Shown here piece after piece: positions 37,355 to 44,051 of a DNA stretch of 64,000 nucleotides. Made by a program: the position numbers and the translations under genes. The notes below the pieces were generated by a model. That model was given only the letters and a program-made list of their open reading frames with translations, searched no databases and was not told where the DNA came from. Every line of letters begins with the position of its first letter. The first letter of the stretch is position 1. Source of the DNA: Dehalococcoidia bacterium (lineage in GTDB: Bacteria > Chloroflexota > Dehalococcoidia > Lucifugimonadales > CAZENU01). The stretch spans positions 2,000,143-2,064,142 of the forward strand of contig CBDHDR010000002.1 in the NCBI GenBank assembly GCA_965261815.1, in the 5' to 3' direction.

Positions 37355-39055
37355 CCAACAATCGTCATTCCCGCGACGGCGGGAATCCACGGGGAGGGGC
37401 GGCGATGGGTTCCCGTCTGCACGGGAACGACGGGCGGCGACGGCGCACCCACAATCGTCGGCGAGAATCCACGCACCCACAACCGTCATTCCCGCGACGG
37501 CGGGAATCCACGGGGAGGGGCGGCGATGGGTTCCCGTCTGCACGGGAACGACGGGCGGCGACGGCGCACCCACAATCGTCGGCGAGAATCCACGCACCCA
37601 CAACCGTCATTCCCGCGACGGCGGGAATCCACGGCGGGGCCGGCGATGGGTTCCCGTCTGCACGGGAACGACGGGAGGCGGCGGGCGCACCCACAATCGT
37701 CGGCGAGAATCCACGGCCCCACAATCGTCATTCCCGCGACGGCGGGAATCCACGGGGGGGGGGGGCCGGCGATGGGTTCCCGTCTGCACGGGAACGACGG
37801 GCGGCGACCCGCACCCACAAACGACGGGCGGCGGCGGCGCACCCACAATCGTCGGCGAGAATCCACGCACCACAATCGTCATTCCCGCGACGGCGGGAAT
37901 CCACGGGGAGGGCCGGCGATGGGTTCCCGTCTGCACGGGAACGACGGGCAGCGTACCCACAATCGTCGGCGAGAATCCACGCACCCACAACCGTCATTCC
38001 CGCGACGGCGGGAATCCACGGCGAGGGGTGGGGATGGGTTCCCGTCTGCACGGGAACGACGAGAGGCGGCGGGCGCACCCACAATCGTCGGCGAGAATCC
38101 ACGCACCCACAACCGTCATTCTCGCGAAGGCGGGAATCCACGGCAGCCACAATCGTCATTCCCGCGACGGCGGGAATCCACGGTGGGGGCCGGCGATGGG
38201 TTCCCGTCTGCACGGGAACGACGGGCGGCGACGGCGCACCCACAATCGTCGGCGAGAATCCACGGCCCCACAATCGTCATTCCCGCGACGGCGGGAATCC
38301 ACGGTGGGGGCCGGCGATGGGTTCCCGTCTGCACGGGAACGACGGGCGGCGGCGGGCGCACCCACAATCGTCGGCGAGAATCCACGGCCCCACAATCGTC
38401 ATTCCCGCGACGGCGGGAATCCACGGGGGGGGGGCGGCGATGGGTTCCCGTCTCCACGGGAACGACGGGCGACGGCGCACCCACAACCGTCATTCTCGCG
38501 AAGGCGGGAATCCACGGGGGGGCCGGCGATGGGTTCCCGTCTGCACGGGAACGACGGGCGGCGGCAGCGTACCCACAATCGTCGGCGAGAATCCACGCAC
38601 CCACAATCGTCATTCCCGCGACGGCGGGAATCCACGGGGGGGGCCGGCGATGGGTTCCCGTCTGCACAGGAACGACGGGCGGCGGCGGGCGCACCCACAA
38701 ACGACGGGCGGCGGCGGCGCACCCACAAACGACGGGCGGCGGCGGCGCACCCACAATCGTCGGCGAGAATCCACGGCCCCACAATCGTCATTCCCGCGAC
38801 GGCGGGAATCCACGGGGGGGGCCGGCGATGGGTTCCCGTCTGCACGGGAACGACGAGAGGCGGCGGGCGCACCCACAATCGTCGGCGAGAATCCACGGCC
38901 CCACAATCGTCATTCCCGCGACGGCGGGAATCCACGGCGAGGGTGGCGATGGGTTCCCGTCTGCACGGGAACGACGGGCGGCGGCGGGCGCACCCACAAA
39001 CGTCATTCCCGTGAGTGGAGTAACGCAAGGGTCTCTCTCTACGGGAACGACGGGG
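37355..39055. repeat. 1.7-kb tandem array of a ~121-bp three-module palindromic unit (BIME-like REP1 array)
   Basis: There are 14 copies of GTCATTCCCGCGACGGCGGGAATCCACGG, starting at 37364, 37485, 37606, 37727, 37878, 37993, 38115, 38155, 38276, 38398, 38489, 38609, 38787 and 38909. They interleave with about 13 copies of GATGGGTTCCCGTCTGCACGGGAACGACGGG and with the conserved GCACCCACAATCGTCGGCGAGAATCCACG. Confidence 0.9.
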
Positions 39056-39844
39056 CTAGACCTTGCGGTTCTTGGTCGTGTACCAGGGCAGGCCGTCGGC
39101 CATCTCCATCTCGTAGTCGGCGAAGATGTTGCGCCAGCGGCCTATGGCGATCTCGGCCACCTGCCCGAACACGAGCCTGATCTCCTCCTCGGCCCACGGC
39201 GCCGTGCGCTGCTCGATCACGTGCCTTATGGCGCGCATGTTCGCCGACCAGCCGATGTTGGTGGCGAGGCCGATCGGCGCGACGCGCCGGAACGCCGAGG
39301 TCAGCTTCTTCTTCTCGTCGAACGGCTTGTCGCCCTCGTCTATCTCGAACAGCTCCGCGAGCTCGACCTGCAGCCGGGCGAGCTCGTCCATCGTCCGCGC
39401 GAATATCTCCATGCCCTCGGTCGACTCCCGGATGGCGGTCGGCGCGTACCAGCTCAGGTCGGTCAGGCGGGCGAAGCGGAGGCTCTCCTGCGACATGGCG
39501 GTCCCCGCCCTGTGTCGGACGAGCTCGTGGGTGAACACCCTGCTCACGTCGGCGAAGAAGAAGTTGGCGGAGGCGTGCTCGAAGATCGAGCCGTCGCCCT
39601 TCTCCAGCGTGTTCGTCAGGTACGACCTGTTCGTCCCGCGGACTCTGGTGATGTTGGGGTTCAGCTCCGTGCCGAAGGACCGGTAGCAGCAGCGGCCGTA
39701 TATCTCGGTGACCAGCTCGGCGGACGACTCGGCGTCCGAGCGCCACTCCGGGACGCCGTAGTGGGCCATCAGCGCGGCGATGCCGTCCGCGTTGGCCTGC
39801 GTCTCGCCTATCAGGAAAACCTTCGGCTCCACCACGTTGCCCAC
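39056..39844 (-). CDS. thyX: FAD-dependent thymidylate synthase
   Basis: ThyX signature FTHELVRHRAGTAMSQESLRF (RHR...S motif). GTG 39844 is preceded by GGGAGG. The track start at 39949 runs into repeat DNA and is rejected. Confidence 0.85.
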   Translation of the reverse strand: MGNVVEPKVFLIGETQANADGIAALMAHYGVPEWRSDAESSAELVTEIYGRCCYRSFGTELNPNITRVRGTNRSYLTNTLEKGDGSIFEHASANFFFADVSRVFTHELVRHRAGTAMSQESLRFARLTDLSWYAPTAIRESTEGMEIFARTMDELARLQVELAELFEIDEGDKPFDEKKKLTSAFRRVAPIGLATNIGWSANMRAIRHVIEQRTAPWAEEEIRLVFGQVAEIAIGRWRNIFADYEMEMADGLPWYTTKNRKV

Positions 39845-39884
39845 GTCTGCCTCCCGGTCAGCAGTCGCGGCTAAGGTTACCACG

Positions 39885-40135
39885 GGGGTAGTGGATAGTG
39901 GATGGTGGGTAGTGGTTAGTTGGGGAATCGGGTGGAGGTGGAGCCCCACCTGCCAAAATGCCCCACCTCCGTCATTCCCGCGAACGCGGGAATCCAGGGC
40001 GAGGAGTGGGGATGGGTTCCCGTCTCCACGGGAACGACGGGTGGCGCACCCACGTCGTCATTCCCTCGATGGCGGGAATCCAGCCCCCACATCGTCATTC
40101 CCGCGCAGGCGGGAATCCAGGGGTGGGTTTCCCCG
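39885..40135. repeat. REP1 mosaic cluster (W module plus four palindromes)
   Basis: GGTAGTGGATAGTGGATGGTGGG (W module). Then CCCCACCTCCGTCATTCCCGCGAACGCGGGAATCC, GATGGGTTCCCGTCTCCACGGGAACGACGGG, GTCATTCCCTCGATGGCGGGAATCC and GTCATTCCCGCGCAGGCGGGAATCC. Confidence 0.8.
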
Positions 40136-40207
40136 CCAGGAAATCTACGCATCTCCACGACACTTATCTCCCGCAACGGGAGTTACGCAAACGTCTCCCC
40201 GGATCGG

Positions 40208-40606
40208 CTACTGGCCGGCTGCCAGCCTTTCGTAGCCCCACTGCGCCACGAGCAGACCGGCGGCTACGGCGGCCAGGCCGACGGCCACCTGCAGGACGAC
40301 GTTGGCCGCTCCGGCGAGGTAGGCCCCGTCTCGAACGAGCCTGATGGTGTCGATGCCGAAGGCAGAGAACGTCGTGAAGCCGCCGAGGACGCCGACCACG
40401 AGGAACGCTTGGGCGTGTGCGCTCAGCGGCTGCCGGGCCTCGGCGTATCCGGCGACGAGGCCGATGACAAGGCAGCCCGCCGCGTTGACCGCAAGGGTGC
40501 CGTAGGGAAATCCGCCGCTGCCGACGGCCCCCTGCACCCACGTCGCGACAAGATAACGCGACACCGCCCCCACCAGACCCCCGGCTCCTACCATCAGCAC
40601 AACCAA
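40208..40606 (-). CDS. crcB: fluoride ion channel CrcB/FluC
   Basis: GGLVGAVSRY...FPYGTLAVNAAGCLVIG...GVLGGFTTFSAF are CrcB hallmarks. TTG 40606 lies 6 nt after AGGAGG. Length 133 aa. Confidence 0.85.
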   Translation of the reverse strand: MVVLMVGAGGLVGAVSRYLVATWVQGAVGSGGFPYGTLAVNAAGCLVIGLVAGYAEARQPLSAHAQAFLVVGVLGGFTTFSAFGIDTIRLVRDGAYLAGAANVVLQVAVGLAAVAAGLLVAQWGYERLAAGQ

Positions 40607-40614
40607 GCTGGACC

Positions 40615-40725
40615 TCCTAGATTCCCCACCTGATTGGGCTGGCCGGCGTGACGGAGTGCTTCCGGTGTCATGGAGTAGTCGGGTAGTGGGTAGTGAATAG
40701 TGGATAGTTGGGGAGTGGTTGTCAC
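40615..40725 (-). repeat. partial REP1 element (right-hand module only, inverted) plus W module
   Basis: CTAGATTCCCCACCTGATTGGG...GACGGAGTGCTTCCGGTGTCATGG is the reverse complement of the right half of the 31.8-kb element. It is followed by GTAGTGGGTAGTGAATAGTGGATAGTTGGGG. Confidence 0.7.
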
Positions 40726-40885
40726 GCGGGGAGAATAGCACGGATGTAGTGTCCAGAGGTCGTGGTGTCGGGTGGCTGCTGAGGTGTACTTCATGACGTT
40801 GACGGCGCCGCAGAACGTCTGAACTGTGATTCGTGGGATTTGGTGATGGACATGACTGGTGAAGGATGCAAGACGGGGCACATGG

Positions 40886-41378
40886 GGTTACGCAAAGGTC
40901 TGTCTCCAGGGGAACGACGGTTCATGGTGGATAGTGGATAGTTGGGGTGTTGGGAGTTACGCGGAGGGCTCCTGTCGCGGGTGTCAACGGCGGGGATGGG
41001 TTCCCGTCTGCACGGGAACGACGGTTGGTAGTGGATAGTGGATGGTTGGGGTGTTGGGAGTTACGCGGAGGGCTCCTGTCGCGGGAATCCACGGCGGGGA
41101 TGGGTTCCCGTCTGCACGGGAACGACGATTCATCGTGGATAGTTGGGGTGTTGGGAGTTACGCGGAGGGCTCCTGTGGCGGGTGTCAACGGCGGGGATGG
41201 GTTCCCGTCTGCACGGGAACGACGATTCATCGTGGATGGTTGGGGTGTTGGGAGTTGCGTGGAGGGCTCCTGTCGCGGGTGTCAACGGCGGGGATGGGTT
41301 CCCGTCTGCACGGGAACGACGATTCATCGTGGATAGTTGGGGTGTTGGGAGTTACGCGGAGGGCACCTGTCGCGGGTA
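40886..41378 (+). repeat. second tandem array: four-plus copies of a 97-104-bp unit (W module + GAGTTACGCGGAGGGCTCCTGTCGCGGG + B palindrome)
   Basis: GATGGGTTCCCGTCTGCACGGGAACGACG starts at 40995, 41099, 41196 and 41293. A degenerate leading copy lies at 40886-40920. The array ends about 60 nt before the ATG at 41442. Confidence 0.85.
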
Positions 41379-41441
41379 TCGGGTACCATCCGCAACAACG
41401 GGTACTCCGACCTGCGCCGGGACCACCAGGAGGTGTCACCA

Positions 41442-42362
41442 ATGGAGAGCCATAACAGGAGCGTCGCCCAGGAGTTGTCGGTCTACAGGCTGAGGGCCCG
41501 GCCGCAGGTCGAGGCCCCGGAACTTGTGCATCCCAGGTTCATCGGCTCCCTGGACGACGCGCGAGTCGTGATCTCCGCCGACGGGCTGGAGGACGTCGAC
41601 TGGGACGTCGCCTCCCCGCCGCAGGCCTGGATACTCACCCTCCCCGAGCTGATCTACTGCAGCGGCGAGAAGTGGGGCTACCAGGTCGGCATGGAGTGGA
41701 CCGGAGCAGGGGACTCGTGGTCGTATCGGGACTACCCGGTCAGGGACCTGCTCGAAGGCTGGAGTATCGTCGACGGCGTCCACCGTCTCGATCCCGACTT
41801 CGCAAGCAGAGCGCAGGTACACGGCAGACTCTCCGGCTCCATCGCGCCGAGCGAAATCGGCGTGCGCTACACGCTGGAGCTGACCAACTCGTCCCCGAAG
41901 CCCTGGACGGACGTGTTCTGGTGGCTGTGCCTGAACCACTACCAGTCGCGCGTGACCGGCTACCGGCCGCACTTCCGGGTGGGGTCGTCGTGGGCGCCGG
42001 CGCAGGAGATGAGGGGAGGGCGTGTGCACAGCTACTTCCCGGCGCCGGGCATGGCGGACGAGTACCGCACGTCGCCCAACCAGGGCTTCCACGCCCCTGA
42101 GACGGAGCTCTCCTATCCCGGCGTCGTCTCGTGGAACCGGACGCTCCAGGGCCCGCTGCTGGTGGCCCACCTGTCGACCGACGCGGTCGCGTTCGGCTCG
42201 AACCAGGCGTGGCCGTGCACCGATCTGCAGCTCTGGTTCGGCGACATGTCCCCGGGCGAGACGAAGTCGGCGACCGCGCACGTCATGGTCGCCCGGTGCG
42301 ACCTCGCGACCTTCGCGGAGCAGGCGGATCGGGTGACCGAAGCGCTGCGACGGGAGGGTTGA
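41442..42362 (+). CDS. hypothetical protein (306 aa)
   Basis: ATG 41442 lies after CAGGAGG. The composition is non-repetitive and high in GC like the host. No family recognised. Confidence 0.55.
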   Translation: MESHNRSVAQELSVYRLRARPQVEAPELVHPRFIGSLDDARVVISADGLEDVDWDVASPPQAWILTLPELIYCSGEKWGYQVGMEWTGAGDSWSYRDYPVRDLLEGWSIVDGVHRLDPDFASRAQVHGRLSGSIAPSEIGVRYTLELTNSSPKPWTDVFWWLCLNHYQSRVTGYRPHFRVGSSWAPAQEMRGGRVHSYFPAPGMADEYRTSPNQGFHAPETELSYPGVVSWNRTLQGPLLVAHLSTDAVAFGSNQAWPCTDLQLWFGDMSPGETKSATAHVMVARCDLATFAEQADRVTEALRREG

Positions 42363-42616
42363 CAGGTTCCGTTGCATATTCAGGGTAGACAGTAAATCGG
42401 GGAGACTATACCATGCGGCGACTATGGGTTCGCTTGACTTCTGGCCCGGGCAGAGCAGGCGACAGAAGACCTACGGCACGAGGAAGTGCATATCCATCGG
42501 TTGGCGAGGGGATGCATAAAGGCCCTCAACGAAATCGCCGCAGAGTTGAGGTCGCAAGGGGTTAAGCTCTCGTCTGAGATGCTTGACGCCAAGACAGCAC
42601 AGTTCACGGCTTAGTT

Positions 42617-42808
42617 TTGACATTGATGCCGAAGAGGATTCCGCGAATGGCTAGGCAGAACTTCCATAACCGGACGCTCTGGACGGGCGACAATCTGGAC
42701 GGTGATGGTGGGCTCAACTCCGAGACGATAAGCCTAGTCTACCTAGCCCCGCCGTTCAACTTGAGCCGCAACTACTCCATGTGCACATATGCTGATGCAA
42801 GCGGCTGA
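42617..42808 (+). pseudogene. 5' fragment of a beta-class (DPPF/Y-first) N4/N6 DNA methyltransferase
   Basis: NRTLWTGDNLDGDGGLNSETISLVYLAPPFNLSRNY aligns with the usual N-terminus N.l..GDnL..l..lpdesvDLiYlDPPFN..rnY. The catalytic D is replaced by A, and the frame ends after 63 codons. Confidence 0.6.
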
Positions 42809-43030
42809 ACCGAATCCTTGCCCCAGGTGGCCATGGGTCCACTGACGCCGCCGTTCCCCTTGACAGGATGGCCACAATCGATTACGCTGCCGGCATAGCG
42901 TAATCGATCGCGAACGGTGGATCTTCGCGATAGTATGCGTCAGTGCTCACCTGATATCGCAGTGCCGGCGTGATCCACCCCATTCCAGAGGAGCAGCCAG
43001 CAAGTCGGCTACGCGTCGAATGAAATCTTG

Positions 43031-43063
43031 AGGCGGCTCTGGCCCTTGGGGTTAGAGCCGCCT
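43031..43063 (+). terminator. strong hairpin upstream of the small-ORF operon
   Basis: AGGCGGCTCT (43031-43040) pairs with AGAGCCGCCT (43054-43063) across a 13-nt loop, followed by TCTCGTCTCTT. Confidence 0.4.
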
Positions 43064-43095
43064 TCTCGTCTCTTGAACAAGGAGGCCAATCCACA

Positions 43096-43338
43096 GTGCG
43101 ACCAATCGTCACCATGAAGGTGGGGGACCGCGAGGTCAAAGGCATTGAACAGGACTTTGAGATCGAGCGCGAGGACTGGAGCAGGTACAAGCTGCTCGAC
43201 GGCGGGGTAGTCCGCCTGAAAACGACGGTTGCCAAGATTTTTCGGCAGGTGGATGACCAAGGCCAACCCCAGCTCAACCCTGACGGGAGTCCCGCGGTCA
43301 TTGTCAGGCACAAGTCCGATATCGCGTCCTCGCAATAA
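43096..43338 (+). CDS. hypothetical small protein (80 aa)
   Basis: AAGGAGG lies at 43079-43085. GTG 43096, or ATG 43114. First of three tightly packed ORFs in lower-GC DNA. Confidence 0.45.
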   Translation: MRPIVTMKVGDREVKGIEQDFEIEREDWSRYKLLDGGVVRLKTTVAKIFRQVDDQGQPQLNPDGSPAVIVRHKSDIASSQ

Positions 43339-43348
43339 GGAGAGTGCA

Positions 43349-43651
43349 GTGGCTATCACGAGAAGCTTGGACGTAACGGACGTTACGAATCAGCTTACCC
43401 CTGAAGGCCCTGAGGTGGCATCGTGCACGGATGCTGAGATCGCCGTGTCCTACACGGAGCTTGACGCGATGGAATCGTTCTCCGTTCTGCCCGTTGCAAC
43501 CTCGGACGGCGAAGGCGGCGTCGACATCCATAGTTCGCGCATGATCAAAGGATACCCATACACGCTAGACATCGCAGGGATACCGCTGGTAGCCGTCAGA
43601 GAATCGGACGACTCGGTCACGCTGTATGGCCTACCGGGAAACGATGGGTGA
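43349..43651 (+). CDS. hypothetical small acidic protein (100 aa)
   Basis: GTG 43349 lies after AAGGAGAG, 10 nt after the previous stop. The track start at 43229 overlaps the upstream ORF. Confidence 0.45.
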   Translation: MAITRSLDVTDVTNQLTPEGPEVASCTDAEIAVSYTELDAMESFSVLPVATSDGEGGVDIHSSRMIKGYPYTLDIAGIPLVAVRESDDSVTLYGLPGNDG

Positions 43652-43856
43652 ACTCCTCCCCGACGACTTTGACCCGTGGGTCCGTCTGCTTCCCGGCTTG
43701 CGCCACATCATCAAGCTATTCAGTTCACGGGATGTCCCAGTCTGCAACACCCGCATTGTGCGCGCAGGACGCGGGCTTCCGTGGGACAAGCGAGTGGCTG
43801 TCCATCCCACGGGCGACGGCGTGATCAACGTCAAGCCACTTGATGGCAACGGCTGA
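43644..43856 (+). CDS. hypothetical small protein (70 aa)
   Basis: ATG 43644 overlaps the previous stop in ATGGGTGA, which suggests translational coupling. Confidence 0.4.
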   Translation: MGELLPDDFDPWVRLLPGLRHIIKLFSSRDVPVCNTRIVRAGRGLPWDKRVAVHPTGDGVINVKPLDGNG

Positions 43857-43886
43857 GGCCCCGGCTCGGTTCACGTATGATCTAGA

Positions 43887-43905
43887 GTTGCCCTGTGGGG
43901 GCAAC
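43887..43905. terminator. hairpin between convergent genes (GTTGCCC-TGTGG-GGGCAAC)
   Basis: A 7-bp perfect stem lies between the end of the small-ORF operon (43856) and the end of the 963-aa gene (44052). Confidence 0.35.
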
Positions 43906-44051
43906 GCGGGACAAGCGGACGGTTCTCGAATCTCGTGCTGAGATCCGCCAGACCAGTGGGCGCTACCCGTAGCAGCGTCGATCTGCTGGGGCGTGGCGTG
44001 CGGTCGTCGGCTGCCGCCGTTGAGTATGGGGTCTTGGCCAATCCCACACCG

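Noticed and set aside
37355-39055. CRISPR array
   Set aside because: The segments between the palindromes are themselves conserved repeats (modules B and C), not unique spacers. The period is about 121 bp with a three-module structure. There is no leader and there are no cas genes in the window.
37185-39874. Long ORFs (609, 611 and 782 aa on +; many of 70-220 aa on -) across the repeat array
   Set aside because: They are translations of the repeats in all frames (SFPRRREST, VIPATAGIHG, HSRDGGNPRG and so on). They have no start context, overlap one another, and one of them runs antisense into thyX.
40607-40900. Fluoride riboswitch upstream of crcB
   Set aside because: The upstream sequence is a REP1 half-element plus a W module. 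I could not find the conserved crcB-motif segments (GAUGG...AAAC.GCC...CUGAUG..CUC). The only CTGATGG lies inside the coding start.
42422-42607. 61-aa minus-strand ORF, and a possible recombinase C-terminal remnant on the plus strand
   Set aside because: The minus ORF has no ribosome-binding site and odd composition. The plus-strand frame (..ALNEIAAELRSQGVKL..) only vaguely recalls resolvase/recombinase HTH tails and has no start codon. The evidence is too weak to call a feature.
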